From the NCBI GenBank assembly GCA_028534125.1, contig CM052817.1:26786001-26850000 (forward strand): a DNA stretch of 64,000 bases, given 5' to 3'. Shown here piece by piece: positions 13,204-25,326 of the stretch (position 1 is its first letter; each line of letters begins with the position of its first letter). The notes below the pieces were generated by a model. It was not told the DNA's origin. It saw only the letters and a list, made by a program, of their open reading frames with translations, and made no database searches. A program made the translations under genes and the position numbers. The stretch is from Lama glama (Eukaryota).

Positions 13204-13879
13204 GTTTAATAATGAGGGGTATAATCTCATTACAATTCTTGGCGCATTGTAGGTACTCCAGAAATGATACTTCCTTTCATACCTGGGAAAACCTACTCTA
13301 CAGCTTAAAGAATTGTCTTTTACACATTTAAACCTTAGATCAAATAACATTATTCCAAGGGACCCTCATCAATAGAGGCAAGCCTCAGACCTTTGTAGAG
13401 AACCACAGTATAATAATAACCACACATCTACAGAGAATTTCCAATGACGTATTATCATCTTTGTTCATCAGAAATCTGTGAGGTACGTATGGGTAAGGCA
13501 CAAAGCATTTGTATCACCCATTGCTCAGATTAGGAAACTGAAGTTTGCTCCAAGTTGCTAGTAAGTGGCAGAGCCAAGGACTCTTTTTGTTGTTGTTTGG
13601 GTTTTTTTTCTTAAAAGGCTTTTCACTATTCCTATTGCCAGCACTATCATTTTGCTATTCCTATACCCAGTTAGGGAACAGAATCAAGGAGTTCCAATTA
13701 TCTTAGCTCCTAGTTGTGGGGAGAGGGCCAGGAAATTCCAGCCAGAGTTTGTGGACACTTCTCTCTTTGAAAGTACGGAAACCCACAAAGAACCCCAAAG
13801 ATCTGTGCCCTATGAAAATTAGATGTGCTGACCCTCTGCAGATGCTTCGAATTCTATGACAAACAGAAGGGCAGCAAGA

Positions 13880-14085
13880 CAAAGAACTCAGGCTTGATGT
13901 CAGTAAGATCCAGGTTTGCATCTTGGCGGTTATGGGGTTATGAGCAAGTTACCTAACTCTCTGAGCTTCAGTTTGTGGCTGATGGCAATACCTAACTGTA
14001 GGGTCATCATGAGGATTAAATGAAACGATATACATAAAAACACAGCACTGGACACACGCTAAGTTTTTAATACATGCTAGTTATT
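13880..14085 (+). mobile_element. MIR SINE
   Basis: GAGCAAGTTACCTAACTCTCTGAGCTTCAGTTT...GAGGATTAAATGAAACGATA. Confidence 0.75.
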
Positions 14086-14514
14086 TTTCTTAAAGATCAA
14101 AGACCAGGCACTAAAATCGTACATGTGAGGCCTAAATGAGGCATGCAATATATAAATGCAAAGAGCTTAGAACAATGCCTGGCATATAATAATAGTTGTA
14201 TAATTGCTGTTATTACTGTTATAATGACTTCCCTATATAACAATGCCTTGTAACAGTGGCTACATGATGAGTGATTGATTTTTGTAGGGAGGGAAACTTC
14301 TGTTATTTCTTACGGAAACTGAACTTATAAAGTGAAAAAGGCAAATATCTTCTCAGTGGATTTACTTTCTACCTGTTTCCCTCATTTCTCTTATTTTTAC
14401 TTGAAACGGAAAACTTATTGGTAAATGGGATAAAATCACTGATCTGAACCCAAGCTTTCTGTTGAGGCTGGTGATATTTTGCCCAACAGAAATTATTCAG
14501 AAAAAAACCTTATA

Positions 14515-14612
14515 GGGGGGAGGGTAAAGCTCAGTGGTAGAGTGCCTGCTTAGCATGTACAAGGTCCTGGGTTCAATCCCCAATACCTCCATTAAGAAAT
14601 AAATAAATAACC
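14515..14612 (+). mobile_element. Vic-1-type SINE (tail truncated, fused to an L1 3' fragment)
   Basis: GGGGGGAGGGTAAAGCTCAGTGGTAGAGTGCCTGCTTAGCATG...GGGTTCAATCCCCAATACCTCCA. Confidence 0.92.
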
Positions 14613-14707
14613 TATAATGAAAAAGAATATGAAAACGAATAGATGCATGTATATGTATGACTGAAACATTATGCTGTACACCAGAAATGACACATTGTAA
14701 ACTGACT
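14606..14707 (+). mobile_element. L1 3'UTR terminal fragment (labelled family A here)
   Basis: AACCTATAATGAAAAAGAATATGAAAA...GCTGTACACCAGAAA...CATTGTAAACTGACT; same sequence type as 18055-18200. Confidence 0.85.
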
Positions 14708-14708
14708 T

Positions 14709-14885
14709 GGGGGGGAGGGTATAGCTCAAGTGGCAGAGCGCATGCTTAGCATGCACGAGGTCCTGGGTTCAATCTCCAGTACCTCCTCTAAAAATAAATA
14801 ATCCTAATTACCTGACCCACCTCCCGCCAAAATAAAATAATTACATAATACAATAATAAATAAATAAATATTTTTAAAAAAGAAA
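14709..14885 (+). mobile_element. Vic-1-type SINE
   Basis: GGGGAGGGTATAGCTCAAGTGGCAGAGCGCATGCTTAGCATGCACGAGGTCCTGGGTTCAATCTCCAGTACCTCC plus AT-rich tail. Confidence 0.93.
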
Positions 14886-15679
14886 AGCACCCCTATTATA
14901 ACCTAGAACATGCAACTTGACCCAGAGAGACCTCTCATCTCCACAATTTCCACAGTGTCTCATTTCCTCCTATGGTGGCCAGTAGCTACCCATAGAAGCT
15001 TTTTTAAAGAACTCTTTTCTTTTTTAATGTTGATGTTAAATCCCCACTGGATCAAATGTGTGCAAATTTAACACAAGTTATTCCTGGGCACACATTAAGC
15101 CAAAGCATTTAGCGCAGTGACTAACCCTAGAACGCAGTCATCAGCCCACAGATGGAAGAATGAGGGAGGGCAGTGTGAACTCTGCTGGAAGGGCATCTGG
15201 GTTTGTGGTTTCCATGCCACACCATAGGAGGGCCTGTAACTGAATTTTAAAAATGTACTGAGTTCACAGAAAAGGGAATTAAGTATAGCAGGGGTTCACT
15301 TCGAACATTAATCTCGGAAGCCAAATCCTTCATTTTGAGAAAGGCCTTCAATACAAGGAGTCCCTTGACCTTCGTTCTTCCTGCACAAACAGCTCTGCCA
15401 AAGCCTGCCTGCTTAGACTGCAGGCTTTTCCCGCCTCACCAGCCTGCTGAGATGGAAGGAGCCCTGATGTAAATTACAGGCCCTTAAAGGCCCACTCGAG
15501 ACCAAGACAAGGTTTTGTTATGGCGACACATGCTGTTAATTCCTTTATATTCCTTTAAGGCTTATTCCCCACCAGAGAAGACCTACAGATTTCTTTTTAT
15601 TTTATAAAGGAAAACGGCCTCACAGAAGCAGCTCAATCATTCAGCAATAACTTATTAAAAAAGATTGTCAACATAAAAT

Positions 15680-15955
15680 TACTAACATTTATTAAATGCT
15701 TACTAGAGTATTTGCCAGATGCTGTATTAAGCACTTTACATGTATTAACTATTTAATCCTCACAACAACCCCAGGAGATAGACTGTTATTATACCCATTT
15801 TACAGAGGAAGATGCATAGAGCACAGAGCAATGTGACACTGCTTCCAGTGCACAGAGCAGGTGACACTGCTAAGGTCCCATAACTAGAAAGTGGCAGAGC
15901 TGGGGTTTAAACCCAGGCAGTCTGGCTCCAGCATCTGTGATCCTAACTGCTGTAC
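15680..15955 (-). mobile_element. MIR SINE (near full length, internal ~29-bp duplication)
   Basis: TTTAATCCTCACAACAACCC...CCCATTTTACAGAGGA...GGCAGAGCTGGGGTTTAAACCCAGGCAGTCTGGCTCCAG. Confidence 0.88.
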
Positions 15956-16398
15956 TCCATGGCCTCACAAAAGAGGGTCTGTGTATTCTAGTAGCAGTAG
16001 TGCCAGTGTAAAGACAGGGTCTGGCATGCGGTAGGCAGTAGGCAATCAGAGAACGTTTGTTGAGTGACTGAGTGAATGTGGATACACATTTGAATGTTGT
16101 GGTATCAACTTACAGAAGTACATGTCAAGGAAGGTAGGGTTTAGCTCATCTAGGATCTGAGGTTGAGGGTCACATAACAGAATGAGTACAAATGTGTCTT
16201 CCAAAATATGGATAAGGTTTCATTTGACATACATTGTAGGGAATGAGTATTTTACAGGGGAGAATTCATTTCAGGTATAGCCAAATTGAGACCATAAAAG
16301 CCACATAAAAATAATGTGAATATTCTCCTTGTTGCTTCTATTGTTTCTCTGCTTGGAATATCCTTGTAGACACCTTCCATCCACCCATCACCAGCTGA

Positions 16399-16620
16399 AG
16401 CATAGTAGTTAAGAACACAGTCTGGACCCAGATACCTGAGTCTGAATCCTATCTCTGCCACTTACTGTGTGACTGTGGGCAAATAAGTTAACCATCCAGG
16501 GCCTTTAGCCTCCTTGCCAGTACCCTCACCTTTAGGAGTATTAGGAAGAGTCCACGTGTTACTGTAAGTGGGGTGCTGGCAAGAGCACCAGACCATTATA
16601 AGCCCAATGTAAGTATTTCT
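16399..16620 (+). mobile_element. MIR SINE
   Basis: AGCATAGTAGTTAAGAACACAGTCTGGACCCAGATACCTGAGTCTGAATCC...TCTGCCACTTACTGTGTGACTGTGGGCAA. Confidence 0.8.
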
Positions 16621-17531
16621 TGTTGTGATTCACCATCCAGCTGTCTACCTATTGCTTTATCCAACGAATATTTATCAAGCATCTACTCTGTGTCAAGTTC
16701 TGTGCATCATGCTGAATATAGAAAAACAAATGAAATATGGTCCCCATCTTCAAGGAACTCGTATTCTATGGCACTGGTTAAGCAACCAGCCGATGGCCTT
16801 ACAGTATGTAAATCCTAGAAGTTCGGGGCAAATTAATTTTGGCTTGAGGGGTTAATCTAGGGGAAGTGATATCAGCACTGAGAGGCCTGGAAGTTGCTTA
16901 GGACTTGGCCAGGTAAAGAAGATGAGAAGCGTATTTCAGGAAAGTGAAAATCACCCCAGAATAAGTGAGACGGTGGATTCAGGGGTGTGAGACAAGTAAT
17001 TCTCTGTAGCTAGAGGGTTAGATGGCTGTAGTATAAGATGAAATTGAGAAATAGACAGGGACCAGTTAATAAGAATCATTTGTTATGCCAAGGAGTTGAG
17101 AAGGGTTTGGAATAGGGAGTGTGGAGATCAGATTGGGATACCTGTTAGAGTCTAGGGTACTGGCAAAGTAGATGGAGAAGAAAGGATAAAGGATATATTT
17201 AGGATGTAAGAGTCATGGGGCTTAGTGACTAATCAGATTTTGAGGGTGAGATAGGAGATATAAAAAGGTTTGGAGCGGAAATAATCATTTATTCCATAAA
17301 CATTTATTGAATACCTACCATGTGCCATGCACTGTTTTAGAACTTGGGAAAACAGCAGTGGACAAAACAGGCATAAATCTTGTCCTCATGGAGTTTATAT
17401 TCTGGTTAGAAGAGAAAGAAAAAAATAAATAAGTAAAATATACAGCAAGTTTGATGACGGTAAGTACTAAGAAGAAAAATAAAGCAGGGAAGGGAACAGA
17501 AGGATAAAGCAGGGAAGAAAAATAAACTTAA

Positions 17532-17665
17532 GGGAGGGGATAGCTCAGTGGCAGAGTGTGTCCTTAGCATGCACAAGGTCCCGGGTTCAATCCTCCATAC
17601 CTCCATTAAAAATAAATAGATAAATAAATAAACCTAATTACCACCCCCCCAAAAAAATTTTTAAA
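17532..17665 (+). mobile_element. Vic-1-type SINE inside L2
   Basis: GGGAGGGGATAGCTCAGTGGCAGAGTGTGTCCTTAGCATGCACAAGGTCCCGGGTTCAATCC; tail AAATAAACCTAATTACCACCCCCCC; diverged TSD AAGAAAAA.AAA.CT.AAG. Confidence 0.92.
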
Positions 17666-18054
17666 AAGAAAAAGAAAGCTGAAGTGGGTTGCAATATTTC
17701 AATGGTGGTCAGAGAAGGTCTCTCTGAAAAGGTGACCCTGAGAGGGACTGAAGATATTGAGGGTCAGAGCAATTCAAGCACCCAGAGGAAGTGTACTCCA
17801 GGCAGAGCAAGAGTGTTGCTGGCATACTCAAGAACAGCTAGAAGGCTGGTGTAGCTGGAGTGGAGAGATGGAAGGAGAGAATGATAAGAAATGAGTTAGG
17901 AGGATAACGGAGCCATGAGATCAACCAGAGTGTTGGGAGAACGAAAAGAAGACTAGAGACAGGAACTCTGTACTGAAACAGGAAGAAGAGTCCACGGAGA
18001 AGGCTGAGGAGAAAGTGTTAGTCCAAGAAAGAACGAGACTCAAGCAGGGCCTGT

Positions 18055-18198
18055 CAGGGAACTATATTCAACACCTTGTAATGGCCTATAATGAAGAAGA
18101 ATATGAAAAGAAATATGTATATATGAATCACAATGCTGTGCACCAGAAATTAACACAACATTGTAAACTGACTTTACGTCAATAAAATAAAATTTAAA
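18055..18198 (+). mobile_element. 5'-truncated L1 3' end (family A)
   Basis: CAGGGAACTATATTCAACACCTTGTAATGGCCTATAATG...TCAATAAAATAAAA; TSD AAGCAGGGCCTGT / AAGGAAGGCCTGT. Confidence 0.88.
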
Positions 18199-19133
18199 AA
18201 GGAAGGCCTGTTCATAAAGTCAAGTGAGGCAAAGGGTTAAGTAAGATAGGAATTGAAAACTACCATTTTGTTTAGCAACTAGGCGATAACTGGTGACCTT
18301 GACAACGATGTAGTGGTAAAGCCAGGTGGTGAAGGAATGAACACAGCAGGTGTAGACAACTCTCTCAGATAAATGGACTTGAAATGAAGAACAAGGATAG
18401 GATAACAGCCAGAGGAGCAAAGGAAAGCTCGCCTTTGGAGAGGAGAAAGGCCTTGGAATGTCTATAAGCTGAAGAGAAAAGTTAGTCAGGTAGGACTGGG
18501 TGTCCTAGATACACAAAACAATTCATTCATTCATTCATTCACTCAACAAATATTTATTATCTACCCAGAGTCACACACTGGATGAATAGAAACATGATCC
18601 ATTCCCTCATCTTGGAAAGATGGACACATGTGTAACTACACATAATACAAAGTGAGGAGGGTAATAGAGAGAGATGCAAATGCCAGAAAGAACCCAGTAA
18701 TTCTGCCTGTGTGGAAAGAAGGGGAAAGTGAAGGAAACTTTCTAGAACTAAAAATGAGAAAATGAAGGGTAGCAGGGCATTCTGGTCAGGGAAGGTCAGG
18801 AAGGACAAGGACTAGGGCAGTGAAAGCACTTAGCATCCAGTGACGGGAGCCGGGGGGGGGGGGCGGGTGGTGAGGTGGCAGGATTTGCAGCTGGTAAGGT
18901 GGGTGGGGGCTAGCTAGTTAAGAGACTTGAAAGGAGAATGCTCTTCATTCTTATGCGTGATAAGATTTTGAGCAGGAAAATAAACGATCATAGGTGTGTT
19001 TGAAGCACAACACAGAGGATGGCTTGAAGAGGGGAGAACTTGAGAGCGGAGAGACTAGTTATGTGGAAATTGCAGTGGCTCAGGAAAGAGATGACAAAAT
19101 TCACAGGGCAGTGGCTATTCAAGAGATGCTGAA

Positions 19134-19770
19134 TGTGGTAAATACAGTGAATTACTTCATTCCACTCCGTTTCCAATGTACTTTCTTGTCCTGAAAGCCT
19201 GGAAAGCTAAAAACCACATTTCCCAGACCCCTTGCAGTTAAAGTTCCAAATGTAATGTGAGTTCTGACACACAGATCCATTCTGTGCAAGGTTTAGAAGG
19301 TAAACATGAGGAGGGGGCCAGGTTTCTGGCTGCTTCAGCTGTCTTTTCCAGCAGGCACAGCTATAAACATGTGGGATGTTCCTGTGGCGTCATCCTAAGG
19401 GTCTGCTGGTTTTGTACGTAGAGAGAGCACAGAGCACAGGACACCCATTTTTTTGCTGGTGTGGACCTGGTAGACATAGCATGCCTCTGTTGCAAACATG
19501 GCAGTGGTAGCTTTCTGATCCCAGAAAAGTGATGTCTCTGAACTCAGTGGTTATAATGGTGGTTTTCTGACTCCTCACCTTCCTGATTGTGGCAATGCAG
19601 CAGCTCTCCTGACAGGCCAGTTCTGCAGCGTTACTGTGGAGGGCAGATCTCAAGCTCCAATGGAATGCTGTTCTATCAATTGTATAAGCACCTAATCGCA
19701 TATATTAAATCCCTTTCTGATTAAAACAACTAGAATGATTTCTATTTACTGTAACTGAACCCTCCCTATG
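19134..19770 (+). mobile_element. ERVL solo LTR (LTR33/LTR41-like)
   Basis: GCTAAAAACCACATTTCCCAGACCCCTTGCAG near start; ATTAAATCCCTTTCTGATTAAAACAACTAGAATGATTTCT...ACTGAACCCT at end. Confidence 0.7.
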
Positions 19771-20509
19771 TTGAATAAATAGAACTGAGAGAATTTGATG
19801 CCAGCTGAATGCAGAAAGGAAGAAGGGAGTGTGTGGCAGTGAGAAAGAGAGGAGGCAACTACTTCCAAGGTTTCTTGCTTCTAGCCATTGTCTCTGGCCA
19901 CCCATCAAAACAGGGACTCATAGAGAGAATTGGAGACTTGCAGGTAGGAGAGTGGGGCCTCTCATGAGTTGCCAGGAACAGGTTTTCCACTGTGTCCAGC
20001 TATGGGCCAGGCAGTTGAAACTAACTAGATCATTACTGACTAATAGAGGAGCAGAAGGAGATTCGGTTCTAGAACCTAAGTGGCATCTTTACTGTAATGC
20101 ATCAGTGACTCACACTTTCAAGTTCAATTCTTAAATGAAGAGTCATATGAAATAGTCATACACATGGCAGAGTTCGTGAAATTTCTACACACTTAACTGT
20201 CTGTTCCTGGGGGCAGTTTCTCCCTCATGTCTTACTATTCAGAAAGCTTTAACCCTAGTAGTACCTCCTTTCTTAACTTCAGTAAGACCAGTGCATTCTT
20301 TCTTTTTTAAAACAATAATATGCTAATCCACCAGCATCTTTCTTTCAGAGCCTAACTGACACAGTATTACTCAAATAAAATCACATTCTAACTTCAACTT
20401 ATTACTTTGGCAATGACAACCACTCATTGTGACCCATATGACTCCTCCACTCAAAAATATTAAGTGTTTCATTGTGGATTTTACAGTAAACCTGGAGAAG
20501 TAATAAGGT

Positions 20510-20595
20510 TTCCTTTTTCTCCCACCTCTCCCCCTCCCCTCCTGCTCCCCCTTCCCCCTCCTCTTCCTCTCTTTCTCCTTCTCCTTCTTCTTTTG
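20510..20595. repeat. CT-rich low-complexity tract
   Basis: Near-pure pyrimidine run on + strand. Confidence 0.85.
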
Positions 20596-22499
20596 ATCTG
20601 ATTCCATTTATTGTCAGCACAGGGACCATGACTCTAAGGTTGTAGGCAGCTGAAAGGTAAATGGACATCAGTTCAGCTCATTTAATTCTTTGGACAAATA
20701 ACAGCTTGACACTGCAAACTTGAAATGGGAACATGTGTTTTCTGTTTTTACAGTAAGATTCAAGGGTTTACACAATTGTCATTAAGCGTGTACCCAAGTG
20801 TATACATTTCTTAATGGACACGAGGATTGGAAGCAGGAGGTAGAAGAAGTAGCATTTGCAATCTGTTATAAATATTAGCACCTATTTTTTTTAAAGAAAA
20901 AAAGACCCTTGGTAAGACTTCAAGATGGATTTGAATATGTCTTTATTGTAGCATTGGTGACGTTTGGTTATAGTTAATTAAATGCAAATAATTCTGCCCA
21001 ACTGGATTATGAGCCCTCTCCTGGGGGTGCAGAAACTGTCTTGTTGAGCTGTGTTTTCCCAGTTCTAAGTAGAGGTCCACATGGTAGGCACTCAAAGAAT
21101 GCTTGATGACTGACTGAAGGAAGTTTCTAAACCGGGGGTCAAGGGACAATATTTTAGTACTGGTTCTGCTTCAGTTTTCTCAACTATGAAATGAATCTCC
21201 AGGTCTTAAGTTCTGTTACTTCCTTGAAGGGCTTCTTACCCATAAAACTTTTTTGATCTCTAATGGAAAAAAATAATCTTCCTAAAACATTTGAAGTATA
21301 GCTATTTAATGAATTCAGTTTGGTTGTGCCTTCAGTAGGGATTGAATGATCTCTCGAGGTTCTTTTTGGACCCCATGGTGGTGGAATCCTATTAACTCTC
21401 TTGAGATCTGGGTCAGACTCACTGGGTGTGGAGCCCCATTCCAGAAATGAGTTGGCTATTAAATTGTTTCTATTTTCCTCTTGTTTACCATCAGGATATT
21501 TCCCCTTTCCATGGGGATTTTCTGAAAAGGTCACACAGCCACTTCAGAAAACTATCCCCTTGTTGAATGACAATGATAGACCTCTTTCTCTGGTTGGCAA
21601 CCAGAAGCAACTACTGTCCAATTTAGGCAGAAAGAGGGGGCTAGGCCACTTAGTTGGCCAAGGGCAGAGGGAAAGTCCAGCCTCCAATGATGACATTAGG
21701 ACTGTGGCAAAATGTCTTCCCTGGAAGTGACAATTAGGCACAGTTTCACTGAGGCACTGCTGGAGCAGCACAAGGGGAAGGAAGCATCTTCTGTGACCTG
21801 CTCTGGGCCTATAGAGGAGATCCAAACTACTTTTGCGCATCCTGTCAGCAAGGCCTTTGCAGTCCACATTCAAAACGCATGCACACAATAATCCAGTGCC
21901 CTTTGGGATCAAGGATAATCCTGCAATAAGCAGTGAAGAGCTCTGGGTAGGGCTATGAGGATAAACCAACATGGTCATCCATTTAATCAGATACTGTCTG
22001 AGTCCCCGAAACGTGCTAGACCCTGCACTAGGTGTTGGGCTCAGGCTGGTGCTTGAAATCATAGCCCATCTACTGATAGTCTGGTTGGGTACAGACTATT
22101 ATAATGGCATATATAATGTACAACTATTATAATGGCATAAGGGTCTTGCTTTGCCTGGGAGGACAGAAGAAGGAATGATTAACTCGTCTCTGTTAGCACT
22201 GCCGATGCGTCCATCTGGCAATGGTGTCTGGGTGTTGCTTCGCCTTTCCGTCTCACAACCTGTCCCACTTCTATGGCACTTGGCTCACCTGACCATGGCA
22301 CTCTCCTGCCCAGACCCCTCAGTGACTCCTATCCCCTATTCAATAAAGACTCAACCCCTTAGCCAGGCATCCAATTTGACTCCCACCTTCTTTTTCAGTT
22401 TTATTTCTTACCGCTTCACTAATAGTCCATAATTCATGGTGCTCTTTCCATGTCTCAGTGCCTTTCTTGTCTCATGCTATGGGGGCCTCACTCACATCA

Positions 22500-22878
22500 G
22501 GCCACGTGTATCTGTCCACACCAAAAACTGCTGCAAACATCTGCATTTCTCTTTCTGTGGCTTTTCTTTGGCTAGGGGAGCATCCTAGGCAGAGCAAGCC
22601 AGAAGTGGCCCTGGAAGCAACTCCTCTTCTTACTCCAGCTTCTTTGCCCTTCCATGGGTATAACTCTGAGACATGCTTTATGCTGCACTGACTCCCAGAG
22701 CTGCCCAAAGAGGTTGAGCTCCAGTAATTCACAATGCCAACTGTCTTGCTAACACACCAGTTTTTCCATTCCTGTTGAATTCCCCACTCTCCTGCTCTTT
22801 CCTGGGGTCATCCCCCAGATTAACTACGGCATTCAAGTCCTCGTCTCTCGATCCACTTCTGTAGGGATCCAAACCAGT
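22500..22878 (+). mobile_element. ERVL solo LTR (LTR16-like) inside a plus-strand L2
   Basis: GGGTATAACTCTGAGACATG...CTCCCAGAGCTGCCC...TTCCTGGGGTCATCCCCCAGATTAACTAC...CTTCTGTAGGGATCCAAAC. Confidence 0.7.
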
Positions 22879-24553
22879 CTCTCCTTTCTCCTCCACTTTT
22901 GCCCTTATGCCACTCGTCTCCAGTCATTGGAGCTCCTCATTCTTAAAGCTCTGTTGGACGATCACCTCCTCTGTGATGTCATTTTCATCCACCACACTCC
23001 ACCATGCAGAGTGAGGGTCTCCTTCCCCTGAGATCCTTGGCCCTTTACACAGATCTCTCTTATGTGCGTCACACAGCATTGTGATTACATGTAGGCATAT
23101 TGGCCTTTGCCCACTAGGAACTATGACTTACTCATCTCTGTCAGTCCAGGCCCTAGCAGAGTGTCCTGTATGGAGTAGACGCCCAATAAATATTTGATGA
23201 AAGAATATGTGAATATGTGTCCTGGCCATAATCCCTGCACACACAGGAGGGAGCTTGAAGCCATGTTCCTGACCCTGCACTTCTGGGCCCAGGGGAATTC
23301 TTACTTGTCTTGAGAGGTCAGGAATCCTCTCCTTGCCCCTCCCTCGGGACTGACTGTAATTGTGATCTTACTGCAAAGAAGGGGGTCCTTTCAGTTCACA
23401 GTAAGTCTCCAAAAAGATTTGCCTAGACTCTTAGGAATCCATAGAGTAAATTCCAAGGGTGTGAAAAGTGGCCCAGGGCCTGAGGGCTGGTGGAGTGGCT
23501 ATAAGAAAATTGCTGCAGATAAGCCCCAGGCAACTCAAAGATGCCATCAGTCTTTAAGAAAGCTGCTATCTTTGTAGTTTTTATCACAGGGTGAAACCCA
23601 GCTCTGTAGTAAACTGCGGGCTGAGTAAATAGCCCAAAAGGAGATGTAATCCTGGAGAGGAATCCAAGACTTTCGTTTGAGCAGGCAGCTGGTCTTTAGG
23701 GAAGGCTGATTACAGCTGAATTTCTGTGCTTTGCCTGCGGTGTTATTTTAAAAATCTCACTGCCAAGGAAGACCTGTCCTCCTGTGAAGAATCAGGACCA
23801 GCAGGGATCCGACTGAAGGTACAGGCTGATGCCCCACAACGTTAGACCTCAGCCAAACAAATAGAAACACAAATTCCAGAGCCATGGTCCTCCCTGCTGA
23901 GCAGAAATGGAAATGAACTAAACAGGCTGCAGTGTCAGAAATGGGAATTGGCACAGGAAAATGGCCCTGAGCTCCACCGTGTTATTAGTGGAAATCAGGA
24001 AAGAACCAAGGAGGATTTGAAGAGGGACAGTTGAGGCACTAAGGTGGCAAGGAAAGAAGGAATACTAGCATTTTTTAAGGGCTGCCATGTGCTGGGCAGA
24101 TAGCACTTAATTATTTCTTCTATTAGCCCTTTGAGCTATTATCATAGACATTGACAAGGGAAAAATAGAAGCCCAGAGAGGTCAAATGATTTGTCCAAGG
24201 TGTCCCAGCTAGGAATGAAATTTAGGTTTAAATGACAAGAAGAGTTTGAAAATAATTCATACCCAGTTCAAAACACAAGATGACCATCATTGTTTGATTT
24301 AGGTCACGTGCTCAACATAGTCAGGGATCATAACTCAAAACTTGTGAACATATGATTTTTCTCCTCTGTGCATTTGTAAATTCACTGCCTTTGGGGGTAT
24401 TGTGAGGTAGGCACTGTGACTGTGGGAGAAAGAAGGGGGAAAGGATCTTCTAGAAGATCAAATTTAAAAAGGCCTAACTTTTTAAAAAAAGAAAAAAAGA
24501 GGCCTAAATTTTGGAAAATCTCCAAATTTGTGTTTAGCAGTGTACTTGGCTTA

Positions 24554-24618
24554 GGAAGGAAGGAAGGAAGGAAGGAAGGAAGGAAGGAAGGAAGGAAGGA
24601 GGGTAGGAAGGGAGGGAG
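24554..24618. repeat. (GGAA)n microsatellite
   Basis: About 11 perfect GGAA units plus a degenerate flank. Confidence 0.97.
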
Positions 24619-25303
24619 GCTACAAGCATAGGATTTAAATTTTCATACCTCCTAATATTGGCTGTGACAATAGGGAGACACTGAAATACCACGGGATTGG
24701 CGAGTACTGCCCTACTTTCGATTCTGCCCAAAGCAGGAAGGCTTAGGTATGTCACGAGAAAGCCTCTTGTTACCGCCTTAAGACCAGAACAAAAACATTG
24801 GGAGGAGGCTCCCATCTTGACAGCATGATTTCCAAAGAAGCCGTACTAGTCTTATGACTGAAATGTCTCTAATATCACAACTGTGTAACCAGCTGATATT
24901 TAAACTGATCATGGAATCCATCACATACAATTATGAAGCTAATATACATCAGTTTTAGTAAAAGGGAGGAGGGAGAACTCTCTTTGAAGATCAAAGAGAA
25001 GAAGAAAGAAACCTGGACTGGAACCCTGGACGTGCGGGTTCCAGCGCTGGCTCCTTCAGTAGCTGAACTTCCTGTGCTAACTTTGCCTCTGTCCTTTCCT
25101 CTGCTTTCGTGAAGGGGCTGTGCCAATGACACGGAAGAGGACTTCCAGCTCCAAAGATCTAAGGAAATGTTTGGAGACTTCCAAAGAGTTAAGCACTTGA
25201 ATGTAATTTGGAGCTGGCTGGCTATAAGATGAGTCAGAAATCAATCCAAGGTGTATTTTTATTGCTCTTCATTTCAAACTTCCTAATTTGGGTGCTATTA
25301 AAT

Positions 25304-25326
25304 GAGAGAGAGAGAGAGAGAGAGAA
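25304..25326. repeat. (GA)n microsatellite
   Basis: GAGAGA... run. Confidence 0.9.

Larger units (their letters stand above)
16640..19130 (-). mobile_element. Cluster of several L2 fragments (reverse 3' ends near 16660, 17290, 18525)
   Basis: Repeated reverse L2 tails (TTCATTCA..CAACAAATATTTATT..; CATTTATTGAATACCTACCATGTGCC) each followed by purine-rich L2 body. Confidence 0.75.

Noticed and set aside
18845..18875. Poly-G tract as a G-quadruplex
   Set aside because: Isolated homopolymer inside an L2 with no supporting context
21184..22062. Overlapping 109-172 aa ORFs
   Set aside because: No family resemblance, partly overlap L2 sequence, no convincing exon boundaries
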